Shown: in pieces, positions 49,529 to 62,600 of the stretch | Layout: each line of letters begins with the position of its first letter | Numbering within the stretch: the first letter of the stretch is position 1 | Assembly (NCBI GenBank): GCA_050273025.1 | Contig: CP158636.1 | Span: 806,001-870,000, forward strand | DNA from: Cenococcum geophilum | Lineage: Eukaryota | Reading direction: 5' to 3' | DNA length: 64,000 nt | Notes under the pieces: model-generated | Told to the model about the DNA's origin: nothing | Seen by the model: the letters and a program-made list of their open reading frames with translations, nothing else | Database searches by the model: none | Made by a program: the position numbers and the translations under genes

Positions 49529-50567
49529 TGTTACAGTGCTATAATAAAGTAGACTAAATAACTACGTTATAGTATAAAGAGGGGAAGAAGGTGGAAAGGG
49601 GGTATTGTATATAAATAGTAGGGCCGGCCGCCAAGTCGCTAGTAGTAGGCTAGCTAACAGTAGGGAATAGTACGAGACAGTATAAAATAGTATATATTAG
49701 GTCAGTGCCGTAATAGTACTCCTCTCCCCTAGATGGTTTAGTCCCTAAACTAAATAGATAATTTAAAAATAGGTAGTGTATAGGGTTACCTATTTTTTAC
49801 CGTAAAGATATTAGTTCCGCTTACCGCCCTTAACCAAGCTAATAGCGATTTTTTATGCCGGGTATAGAAAATCCTAATTGGTTAGTTTAGTAAGTAAGGT
49901 CAGTAGAACTCTACACCACCACCTAAATCGATCCGCGTGGCGTTTCTTAGCGAGAATTTTGGCCAATTAGACAACTTTAACCGCCAGTTAAAGTTCTATA
50001 ATATCTTAACCACTATAAATTTTAATATGGTAGTCGACCGTAACCTTAGCGTGACTTTTCCTTATCTTATACCCAGTCTGGGGGTCTTAGCTTCTTAAGG
50101 TATTGCTTATAAAAGCGCTATATAGCTTATTCGCAACCCTTTAGGTCTTCCTTTAGCTGCTAGGTTATATTCTTATAATATTTCTATTTAATCTTATAAG
50201 TTAGGCCCTAGGGGTCTTTGTTATATACATTAAGGATTTTCTTAAACTCTTATTTGTCTTCTATATTACCGTTATTATCTTTTTCTGCCACTCGTCCTTA
50301 TATATTACAACGCTCTATAGTATTAATATTTGCTTAGCTAGGGATCTCTTTAGCAGCCTAGAGGCGGACCTTAGATGTATAAAAGGATTTATTTACTTAG
50401 ATATGGTCTAGGAGGTCTACTATAACTGCCCTTTAGTATACTGCGAGTACAGGGTACGGGCCGTCCCATTTATCGTCCCATTTCTTCTTAGGTTTATTTA
50501 TCTTTATATTTTCTAAGCTAACTATAACTATATCGCCTTTGTAGAATAACGCGCTCTTATCCCTACG

Positions 50568-53500
50568 TGTTACGGAGTGAGTATAAGCGGCGATAATATG
50601 TAGCAAAGTAGATACTATTAAGCTATATATATGAACTGTGTAATAAGGTCAAGACGTTGCGTAAGGAGAGAAGGCAGGGAAACGGGAAGAAAGGGTATAT
50701 ATCGTTAGCTTGGTTGCTTGGTCAATATATATACGGAGTAGAATAGGATTTAGGTAGTAGTCCTGGCAGAACTTGGTAGGATTTGGTGGAACTTGGCGGA
50801 ATATAGCAGAATATAGTAGATTGCCGTCAGATTACCGTAAATTGCCGTCTTATGGTTAGTCTCTAGTTGCTAAGTTGGTGGAAATAGGTGGATGTGTATA
50901 AGGTGTCACGGGGGTGTCCCATGACAGTACCCCCCCTTTAAACTCGAGCTTTTGTGAGATAAGGCTGTGGTAGTTCTAGATAGAGTTCGTGAAAGTCTTT
51001 TGCGGCTTGTGTAAGTCCTATAGAGTTAATAGGTTCCCATAAGGGCTTAATAAAGCCTCTTTATTTCGTGAGATATATATATTAACGTTTCCGTTTATTA
51101 TACTTAATGTTATTAATTCTTTTAACAAAGTACTTGTTCTCACCATCCACTTTAACTAGTGGGGGAGGGTCTTATATCTGTCTGGGTAAGGCGTTTAATA
51201 TAGGAGCAGCGGGGCGGAGGACTGACGTGTGAAATACGGGGTGGATTTTAACCGTATTAGGGAGCTTTAGTCGGTAGGCGTAAGAGGAGATAACCTTCTT
51301 AACCTTATAAGGGCCAGCGTTCTTCCAATTAAGCTTCTTAGTAGGTCGTTTTGTATTTAGATTTCTTGTGTTTAGCTAGACAAAGTTACCAATTTAGTAG
51401 GCCGGTGCTAGGGTTCGTTTCTTATTCGCTGCGGCTTTATAGACAGATTAAGCCTATATTATTTCGTTAGCAAGGAACTGTTATAATTCCTCCATCTTCT
51501 TTATGAATTTATTTGCTTCCGTAACTTATAAGGTATAATAAGCAGGGCGAGGAACATTACTAAAGGGTTTAAAACCTATTTATGGATACTAGCCGTAGTT
51601 GGCTAGGAACGGGGAGACCTTTATAGTTTCCGAAACGGAATTATTTATAGTAAACTTGGCAAATACAAGCTAGTTAATCCAGTTATTTTATAAGTATAAC
51701 GTGTATATCCAAATATACTATTCTATTATAGCGTTTACACGTTCCGTTTAACTATCTATTTTTAGGTAGTATACTATAGATAATAGTGCTTTAATGCGGA
51801 GTTAGGTAGTTAGTTCTTTCTAAAATATAAAGATAAACTAGCTGCCTCTATTGGAGATAATCGTTTTAGGGAGTCCGTAGAGTTTCCATATGTGGTTTAG
51901 GAATAATTGGGCGATAGCAGGTATTAATATATTAGGGCAGGCGATTAAGTGTCTTATCTTAGATAGTCGGTCTATAACTACTATAATATTTATGCAGCCC
52001 TTACTTATAGGGAGGTTAATAATAAAGTTAATTAAGATGTCCTTCTATCTTTGGTCCGGAACAGGCAGTAGCTTTAAAAGGCCGTTATATGTCTTATGCG
52101 AAGCTTTAGCTCGTCGGTAGACGTAATAGCTAAAGACGTACCTTCGTGTCGTGTTATACATATTCAGCCAGTAATACTCCCGTTAGAGTAGCTCTAGGAT
52201 TTTTCCTTAGCCTAGGTGGCTGGCTACCAGTAGGTCGTGTACGTATTTAAGGAGCTTAAGCTTAAGTTTATTATAATTAGGGATAACTAGACGGTTTTAG
52301 TAATATAAGCGGTTTCCACAAGCTTTATATTTACTTAGAGAGATCTTCTTAGAGCGTCTAACGCTATCTTAAATTAGCTTAAGCGTCTCTTAGATAAACT
52401 TATTATTTAGGTATTTATTAGTTATAATCTATTTAATTAATTAATTAATTATTTCAAGGACTTATACCGTAAGATCTTTAGTAGGAGGGTTAAATAGTTT
52501 AGGGCGAAGTAGGGTCTAATTTTGGTAAGAACGTACCTTTTTTAGTGCTAGCGCGTCTTATAAGCGTTGGGTTAGGGTATTAGGCTTCTGGCCTTAAATG
52601 CCTAGGCGGTACGTGATTAAGAATTAGAAATAAGATAGGTATTCTAACTAGCGGGCCTAATGGTAGCTTAGCTGTTTTATAGTTATAAAGTACTATAGGT
52701 TCTTATAATCGCTAAGGACCTTAATTAGGAATCCAGCGTCTTCTAGTTTAGGTCGCCATTGCTTAAAGTATCTAATAATAGCTAGCAGTTCCTTGTCGTA
52801 GATCTTGTAGTTATATTCGGCTGGGCTTAGTTGTTTTAAGTAATATACTACGGGGTATAATACTCCCTCTTTGTTATATTGAGATAGAATGCCTCTAGTG
52901 ATATAGTCGGATAAGTTAGCTTCTATAATACTTATTTGGTTTAGGTCGAAGTATTAAAGCACAGGCGCGGTAGTAAATATAACCTTTAGATAAGTAAAGG
53001 CTTTCTTACATTCCTTGTTAAAGATAAAGGCTTTATTCTTTTGGGTTAGAGCTATAAGGGGTAAAACTAGGGCGGAGAAGTTATTAATAAACCATTAGTA
53101 GAAATTGGTAAATCCTATAAAGGCTCTTACGTCCTTAACGTTCTTAGGTTCTTGCTAGTTTATAATTACTTTAATTTTTTTTAGGTCTATTTATATGCCG
53201 TCTATAGAAATAAGAAGCCTAAGGTATAGGACTTCCGTCTTATAAAACTCGCATTTATCTATATCTAATTGTAGACTAGCTCCGTGTAGGGCTTATAGAA
53301 TAAGGTTAACGTATTTCTAATATTTAGTTAGGTTATTACTATATATTAAGATATCGTTAATATAAGCAGTATAGAAGATGTCTAAGTAGGGGCGTAGGGT
53401 ATTATTTATATAATGTTAAAACAAGCTTGGAGTATTTGCGAGGCCAAATAGTATTATTAAGTATTTAAATAATCCATACCGAGTACAAAATGCGGTAAGC

Positions 53501-56500
53501 CATTTATCTCCCTTTGCTATACGGAGGCGGTTAAATGCAGAGATGATATTAAGCTTCGTATAGTAGCAAGCCTTACTTAGTTGGTTTAGCGTCTCTTATA
53601 TTAACGGGATTGGATATTGGTTCTTAATAGTAACGGTATTAAGGGCTTAGTAATCTACATAGAAGCATAGACCGCCACTAGGTTTCTTAATAAAGATTAC
53701 TAATACGGCTATAGGTAAAGAGCTTACTCTAATAAATCCTTTACTTAGGTTCTCGTCCAGATACTTTCATAGCACTTAGAGTTTGTTTTAGGATATTCCG
53801 TATAGGGGTCTAAATCTAGGCTGCTTTTCTTCTTTAAGTATAATCTTGTAGTTGTATAGTTGGTGTTCTAATAGCTTATCGGCTTCCTTTCGTAAGAATG
53901 CGTCTAAGCGGTAATGGTACTCTGCTGGTACCTTTATAATAGGGTTAGTGTGCTTCTTTAGTGCCAAGGCTTTCTTAATATCAGCCATCGTAATAGCGAA
54001 AATTGTATATTTAGGCTTCTTAGCAAGCTAAGCTAGCGGAGTAGCTCTAATTATATAGATATCTAGGGTGTTAAGCTCTCTTAGATTGTCTATAGTCTCT
54101 TACATAGTTTCTTATTTAGGTTTAGGTTTAATATTAGGTATAGAGTTAGTATTAGATTTAGGTTCGGGTTTTTTAAGTATTCTTTTCATTATAGGGTACT
54201 AGTTCTTCTGGTACTCTTATATACTAAGCTTAAGCTTTTGCTTAGTTTGGGGTAGTATAGTAGTTGGGGTTGGTTCGTGGGGTTCGGTAGGATTTCCAAA
54301 TCTTTAGTAGATATTAGTGGAAATCTTATATTAGTGGAATTCGGTGGAATTCTTAGGTTAGTGGAATTTAGTAGATTTCTTAGGCGCGGGGTGGATATCG
54401 GTGGAAATCTTAGGCTAGTAGATCTTAGTAGATTTCCTAGGTTTTAGTTTAGGGTTAGGGTAGTAAGTTATAAGGCACTTCTGCTTATAACGGGAGGCGG
54501 TAAATAGAAGCTTAAGGTTATCCTAGTTAATAGTTACCTTATATAGCTTTATCCAAGGTTATCTAAGAATTACTAGGTAACCTAAGGTGGTAATAAAAAG
54601 CTTAATTAGTTCTTCGTAGTTTAGGTATTAGAGTCTTAGGGCTGCTATATAGGTAATACGGCCTAAAACGGTGCGTTTGCCGTTAAATCTAAATATATTA
54701 ATATGCCGGTTAAGGGGGGTTAGGGTAAAACTATTATCTTATATAAAGATCTTGTTAATAAATCCTATACCGCTAGCTCCTATATTAATTACGATTTAAG
54801 CGTTAGCCTATTAACTATTCTACTAAAGACGGTAGTTAATAGTTATGCTACGGTCCTAAGAGTTAGAGTTTGTAACGTTAAATGCGTTTAATAAGATCCT
54901 AAGGCAGAGCCGTCCTAGAGAGCGACTTAGCTCTAGGACCTTCCTTTTAGAGGTAATTAGGGCGGGGTTTTTATAGAGCGTCGGTTAGAGCTTTATCCTT
55001 ATAAATAGTGCTTACTAGACATGGGGCTAGAACTAAATAAAGATCGGGGATGGTAACCGGAAGATCGATGCGGTAAATAGCTATTAGTGTTGGCCGTTCG
55101 TAGATTATTTTAGTGCGTAGGTAGGGGGACGAGGCAGTGTTTTAAGATATAATTCTTTCTTCCACATTTAAAGCAGAGGCCTAGCTTAAGGCGTTGTTCT
55201 TATTTAGAGGACCCTAGTAGGGCGTAATCTAGGATTCTAGTGTTAATATCCATGGCGTTAGGGTGCTTAGGCTAAGACAATAACTTAGTAGATGTTCGCG
55301 GGGTTGTCATATTATATTAGGGGGCAGGTTTTAGTATTAGGCGTAGTATATTGTTGTACTGTTTATTAATAACGTTTATATAGGCATTAAGGGCTCCTGG
55401 TAGGTCTACGCCTATTAGGGAGGTTTTTAGTTTAGAGCTTAAGGATTTAATAAGGCTGTTAATTAGTACGGAGTTATTCTAGCCTGTTTCCTTTACGTAA
55501 TAGTTAAATTTAGAGAAGTATACTAGAAAGCTTTTCGTTCCTTAAGTTATATAGTTTATCTTTCTCTAAGTAGTAGCTTGGCGGTTTAGGTCACCGTATA
55601 TAGCTTTAAGAAGTACAACTAGACTTAGTACTAAGTTCGGTTAAAGGGGTTTAATAAGGTTAGCTGCGTCTCCTCCTAGTCGACTTAGGGCGTAGCAGAG
55701 TCGGTTAGCTTTGGTTAGGTAGCGGTTAGTATTACTAGTTAGCTTATTTTTAAGCTAGCTTAGAAATAATTGGAGTTTTTATTATTTGCTAGTGAATATT
55801 AGAGGGTCTAGTAGTTATTTAGATCGTTACGGTGTAGTAGTTAATTTGGGGTAAGTGACTACTATAGGTTTGGGGCTCGCGTTCCGCGTATTTATTTCCA
55901 GAGATAGTATTTAGTCTTAAGGTCCTAGCGTAGGCATCTTAAGGGTGCGGACTTCTTCTTAGAGGTCCTTAATTAATTATTAGTGTCGTGCTTCTTATTC
56001 GGCTTATCATTAATTTAAAGTGGCTTAGTTCTATATAAGGGCGTCTATAAAAGACTTCTATATTTCTACTAATTATTTTTAGAGTACGGATATAATACTA
56101 GTGGTTATTATAGGGGCTTCGGGTTCGGTCTACATTTTAACAGTAGTATAGGTAGTTAACGTAATATAGTATTACGGAGTAAGTATAAGCGGCGATAATA
56201 TATAGCAAAGTAGATACTATTAAGCTATATATATAAACTGTGTAATAAGGTTAAGACATTATGTAAGGAGAGAAGGTAGGGAAACGGGAAGAAAGGGTAT
56301 ATATTATTAGCTTGGTTGCTTAGTTAATACATATATAAAGCAAAATAGGATTTAGGTAGTGGTCCTAGCAGAACTTAGCAGGATTTAGTAGAACTTAGCG
56401 GAATATGGCAGAATATAGCAGATTGCCGTTAGATTACCGCAAATTGCCGTCTCGTAGTCAGTCTCTAGTTGCTAAGTCGGTAAAAACAGGTGGACGTGTA

Positions 56501-56528
56501 TAAGGTGTCACGGGGGTGTCCCATGACA
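50568..56528 (-). mobile_element. Full-length RIPed Ty3/gypsy element C; 359-bp LTRs at 50568-50926 and 56170-56528
   Basis: Matching LTRs T[G/A]TTACGGAG...CCCATGACA. TSD CTACG/CTATG (one transition). PPT adjacent. RT 'TAYINDILIY' at ~53350. Confidence 0.93.
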
Positions 56529-56654
56529 CTATGGGTATTAGCATTGTCTTTATAGCGTTACTATAAAATCCGGGCTAGGGCCTTAAGCTATATTAATATC
56601 CGCTTAAAGCGGTTAGCTATAAAGTCTACGCGGAAGAACTCCTTCTTTACTTAT

Positions 56655-59643
56655 TGTTAGCGACTCAGTCAATCGAGGCACGAGCACGGCAAGAGGGACG
56701 CGTAAGCCTATACGATTGGTAGTCTATTAACGAGAATATTAAGACAAGGACTAGAAGAAGGTCGAGGAAAGGATATATCTATATACATGGCGCCAAGGCT
56801 CCAGACGAGCCCCTGACAAGGGTCTGTAATAGTGCCGTAATATTACCCCCCCCTCCGCAAAAGCCTGCCCTTAGGCTTTGTAGTTGTCCTCCCCGTTAAG
56901 AAAGCCATATTATAGATCCGTTCTGAATTGTTGTTATAGGTGGAGCAGTAAGGGTTAATTGGGTAGCTGTAGGTAGAGTAGTAAAAGTCGGTTGGTTCGG
57001 GTAGTAGTACGGTACTAGCGTTGGGATTAGTGTCGTAGGCGTATCGGCGTAATATCTTATCGGTTAGGTCGGGTTAGGTTATAGTATAGAGAGTGGTTAA
57101 GTAGGACCTAAACCAGGGGCCAATTGTCTAAGCTCCTTACTAGAGAATAATCGAGTAGGTTCCGGGCTAGAGACTAGTCAACGAAGCTCTTCCCTAGGGG
57201 TGCGGTCCTAATGTCGTCCTTAAAGCTTAGAGGTATAGACCAATTGACCGTCGCTATAACGCATCCAATTCCTCCGTTATTTAGTAAAAGGAGTAGATCT
57301 AATCCTCTATTAAAGCTTAAGAGAATTACTAGGCTCCTAATATATAGACTTAGGGCTATGTCTTCCTGGATCCTCTCTTTTAGCTACCATTAGTAGTTCT
57401 ACAAGATCTCTTCTCTCTGTATTAGAAGGTACCCGTATCTGCACCGATATTACCCTACTCGGCTAAGACCTTTGGTCGTTGACATCTTGTAAAGAGGTTA
57501 ATTCTAATCCTATTACAGAATCGTTGTCCTGGTCTTCTCGTGCCCTAACTTGTCTTAACCCATTATCTGTCTCTACCTTGCGCTTTCCTAGGCCTTGGCG
57601 TTAAGGTCTCGGGGGTTTAAGGACGCTGTACTATAGGCCCTATATTATGGCTAGGGCCCTTAGATACTTATATAGATGCGCGGTAACTGCATCCTCTAGT
57701 TCTATATAACAGCTAATGTTAGTATCCCTTAAGGTAGCCCTCTTCCATCGTTCCCAGTCTTATACTAAGTAATATCTTGTAAGATTTATTAGGGTTTTAG
57801 GGTCTAAAACAAGCCTCCAGAAGTCTTTAACTCTATTAGGAAAACCTTTAGCCATAATATATCTATAGTAGTCTCCATCCTAAATATAAGCTATAATAGG
57901 TTTAATCTAGTCGTCGAGCCATTTTTGCATAGAATTTAGTTAAATATATGTGTGGTTATTAAGGCTTTGCGTCTGGTTAAAAAGGCTGTTCTTAACGTCG
58001 TCCATTTATATTTCTAACGACATTACTTGCAACTTAACGTCGTTAACTTATGTCTTGACCTCCGCAACCTCCGTCTTAATTTCCGCAACCTTCTTATTAA
58101 CCTTATTAACCTTCTTATTAACCTTATTAACCTTCTTATTAACCTCATTAACCTTCTTATCAACCTTATTAACCTTCTTATTAACCTTATTAACCTTCTT
58201 ATTAACCTTATTAACCTTCTTATCAACCTTATTAACCTTCTTATCAACCTTATTAACCTTCTTATCAACCTTATTAACCTTCTTATCAACCTTATTAACC
58301 TTCTTATCAACCTTATTAACCTTCTTGTCAACCTCATCAACCTAAGCTTTAACTTCCGCAACCTCGGCCTTAACTTCTTCAACCTTTATATTAACTCTTT
58401 CTACCCCCTCTTTTACCTCTACTACCCTTATAGCCTAGGGAGCATTATTATTATATAGATAGGCCGTTGAAGTGCTTAAGGTTACAATAGCGTTGTTAAG
58501 GTAGGGGTGGAGATCCGTAGAGAGGTTTTTAGGTCAATGAGGTAGGGTAATAAAGGTAGTGGTATAATTAGAGACCTTTTAACGGAGGCTCTTTAACGCA
58601 GTATAGGAAGGTTCGAACGGAAGAGCTAATAGAGCCATACTATCGGTAATATTACTGCTGGTTCTATCGCGTATATTTAATGTCTAGGTAATAGATACTT
58701 GTATATTTTAATAAGAATAATAATAGAGTCCTACAGGGTAGGTAGTTGTTAAAGGTTAGATTTAACTTTAATTACGTACACCTAAGCAAACCAATAGCAG
58801 AGGCTTGCTCAGAAGTTAAGATACGTAGGTTCTTTAAGTGGTCCAAATTAATTTCTTTTAATTTTAATTCGATCAATCGATTTAACCAAATTATTCCTTG
58901 TTCGCTGGCTATACGTTTAAATAATTAATGTCTGGTATAACTAGTTGTTAAGGTCATTCGCTTTTAATTTAAAAGGGTTAAGAAGGGTCCAGTTAGCGTC
59001 TTAGCAAAACCTTATTTTGACGTTTTAATTCGTCGGTTCGTTCGTTGGTCAGGTTATATAGTTGGGGTCATATACTTAATTTGATCGTTTATGCCTCCCT
59101 AGAAGGCCTTAATTTAATTAATTCGATTTGGTAACAGGCCTATATTAAGGCTCTAGTTTAATTAGATCGACCCAGTCAAATTAATCTGGTGTTCGCTAGA
59201 TATAGGGGTATTAGGTAATTTCTGGTAGGTTCTTTTAGGGGTCCTTGTCCGTGCGTGTCTGGTTCTTAGGGTCGTGGTCATATTCGTGTGCTGTTCGTGT
59301 TCCGTTCGTGTTCTGTTCGTGTTCTTAGGGTTCTAGTTCTGGTTTTAGTTCTAGTTCTTAGGGTCCTGTTCTATGTCCTTAGGGTCCTATTCTGTGTCCT
59401 TATAGATATTTTTGAGTTCCTTTTCAGGAAGAAAGGGTGGTTGGTCTTAATATAATGTTAGCGACTCAGTTAATCGAGGCACGAGCACGGTAAGAGGGAC
59501 GCGCAAGCCTGTACGATTGGTAGTCTATTAACGAGAATATCAAGACGAGGACTAGAAGAAGGTCGAGGAAAGGACACGTCTATATACATGGCGCTAAGGC
59601 TCCAGACGAGCCCCTAACGAGGGTCTGTAACAGTGCCGTAACA
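56655..59643 (-). mobile_element. Non-autonomous LTR element D (~3 kb); 188-bp LTRs at 56655-56842 and 59456-59643
   Basis: Matching LTRs TGTTAGCGAC...GCCGTAA[T/C]A with a perfect CTTAT TSD. No pol motifs seen inside. Confidence 0.92.
58087..58343. repeat. 21-bp tandem repeat (AACCTTCTTATYAACCTTATT), about 12 units
   Basis: Directly visible. The minus strand encodes the heptad (N/D)KVNKKV, probably DEVDKKV before RIP. Confidence 0.95.
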
Positions 59644-62600
59644 CTTATACTAATAGTGTCGGTAGGTAGGGGCTAGTAGGCTCGATTTTAAGGTAAGGGT
59701 TAAAGCTATAGTTTATAAAAAATGGGGAGATGCCTATGCTCTTATTAACTTGGTTATTTATAGTAAACTTAGTAAGCGGTAGGTAGTTAACTTAGTTATC
59801 CTATATAAAGCTAACAAAAGCACAAAGGTATTTATTTACGGCAGCATTAGTAATTTTAGTTTAGCCGTCCGTTTCTAGGTACTAGGCTAAGCTTAGTTAT
59901 AAGATTATCTTAAGGCGTTTACTTAGTTGTCGCCAGAAGTCGCTAATAAATTATATACCATAATTAGAGATAATCGTGCTTAGTACACTATAGAGCTTAT
60001 ATACGTTATTAATAAAGCTATTAACTAGCTCCTTTATTAAGAGTCCTATTACTAAAATAAGGTATTATATTTTAGTTAGGCGGTCTATAATAATAAGGAT
60101 ATATTTATACGCCTTATTATAGCGTTAGTATACCGGCAGCGTTATAATATAGTTAATTAAGATATCGGTCTATAGGCGGGCGGGTAATTTTAATAGCTTT
60201 AGGAAACCGGGTAGGGTAGAATGGGGGGTCTTAGTGCGAAAGTATAGGGTATAGTCTTTAATAAAGGTAGCCGTAAACTAGGAGATTTCTAGCTACTAAT
60301 ATATTTGGTTTAAAAGGTTAAAAGTCTTAACCCAGCTAGGGTAACTAGCGGGGCCGCTGCTATAAGAGTAATAGGTAACTTATAGGTGGAGGTCTAGGGC
60401 GTTAAGGACGAAGAGATATTAGCGGAAGTAGATCTATCCGTTAATAATACTATATTCTAACTTATCGTAATAAAGTAATTTCCTAATCTTCTTTAGCTAA
60501 CGGCAAGCTTTCCAATTATATAGGGCTGCCACTATATCTTTTGCGAGTTTATTCTCCTAGTATCCCAGCTAAATTAACTTATTTAGTAACTTTTTAGCTA
60601 TTTTAGGGTCTAAAGCGGCTATAAACTCTATGTTATTAGAGTTACGGGACTTATATAGTAATTCTTTTAAGATTATAGGGTTAACTTTCTAGGGCGGTAT
60701 AACAACTTAGGCTTAGTAGCGGAGGCGTTTATTATCGGCGTTCTTAGGCCTTATTCCTAATAGCCAGCTTAGGGCGTTAGGGAGCATAGCTTTACTACTA
60801 GGTCTATATATAATTATAAAGTTAAACTATAAAAGGAACTCTACCTACTAGACTTAGCGCTAGTTTAGCTGCTTAGTAGTTATAAACGTCTATAGGTTCT
60901 TATAGTCGGTAATAATTTTAAACGGCTCCTTAGTCCCTTATAGCTTAGGACGCTATTCCTCTAAAGCCTTAATAATAGCTAAGAGTTCTTTATTATAGAT
61001 CTTGTAGTTACACTTTAGCGTAAAGTGCTTTATAGAGAAGAATGCGACCAGTCTTAATTTTCTATTATTATTATACTAGGAAAGGACTCCGCCAAAAGCC
61101 TAATTTAATACGTCTATTTCTACTACTGTTTTCTTTATATAGTTATAGTATACTAGTACTAGTGCTAAAGTAAAGGCTCCCTTAAGGGCCTTAAACGATT
61201 TAGCTTGTTCTAGTCCCTATAGCTATCCGATATCCTTCTTTAGGAGTTTTATTATAGGTATAGCAATAGCAGAGTAGCCTTAAATAAATTATTAGTAGAA
61301 GTTCGCGAAGTTAAGAAATTGTTATAGTTCTTTAATTAATATCGGGTCCTTCTATTCCTATAAGGCCTGTACCTTCTTAGGGTCTATAGTTATACCATTA
61401 GTTAAGATAATTAAGCCAAGGTATTTTGTTTTAGTAGAGTAGAACTTAGACTTATTAATATTAATTTAAAGTCTAGCATTGCCGAGTCTTTAGATGACTT
61501 TATTTATATACTTAGTATACTTAGCGCGTGTTTTAGAAAAGATAAAGACGTCGTTAAGATAGGCAGTGCAGTAGTTATTAAGGGCGTTGTGTAGAATATA
61601 GTTAATATAGTTCTAGAATATAGCGGGTGCGTTATAGAGGCCAAATAGTATAACTAGTATTTTATAGAGTCCGAACCAGGTAATAAATACTATAAGCTAC
61701 TTATAGCCCTCCGCAATTTGGATCTGGTTAAACGCAGCAATTATATTAAGTTTAGTAAAGTACTTAGTACTATAGAGTACGTTAAGTGTCTCACGGATTA
61801 ATAGTAGTGGGTATTAATTCTTAATAGTAAGTATATTTAGGCCTTAGTAGTTATAGCAGATTTATATACCGCTACTAGGCTTAGTAGCGAGGAGGAGTGG
61901 TGCGGTAGCTAGTAAGGTTGATTTACGGATAAAACCCTTATCCAGCATCTTATTAATCCACTTCTTTACACACCTAAGTTTAGCAAGTAAGAGTGGTCTA
62001 TTTTTATAGTACGGGGCCTAGTTTCTAGGGGCGATCTTAATTTTATAGTCCCATAGTTGGTAAGGGGGCAGCTTATCTACGTTTTTAGGGAAGAAGTGCT
62101 TAATATATTTACTAAACTCCTTTAGTAGGCGTTATAGAATATCTTCGCGGGTTAATCCTAGTTTACCTTTTAAGAATTCTTTAATATTAGTATTAACTAT
62201 CTTCTAATATAAAAGCTTAGGTTTAGTTTTTAGATTTATCTTAAGGAAGTCGTAAAAATAGGGGGGGAGTACTTTACGGGCTTCCTTTATTATATAGTCG
62301 CCTTCCACTAGCTAGTAGAAAGACCTTTCTAATAGGTTCGGTACTTCTATTAGGCCTATAGGCAGCTCTTTAAGCAGCTATTAGTACTTATCTTATTTAA
62401 CTAGTTCTACTAGCTCCGCCATATAGATCCTTATTACCTTTACATCTTTTTATTTATAGAACTAGGTAAAATTAATAGTATAAGTGCATTTAATATCGTC
62501 TAGGTTAGGGCGTATCTGGTTCTCTAGTGCTATAGCTAGGCTAGCATAGCTTAATCGGCCCAGGGGGGCGGAAATAAGGTAGTAGCCCTATACGGTACGC

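Noticed and set aside
57950..58458. Plus-strand LTFL/LINL and minus-strand RRLI ORFs
   Set aside because: Alternative frames of the RIPed 21-bp repeat.
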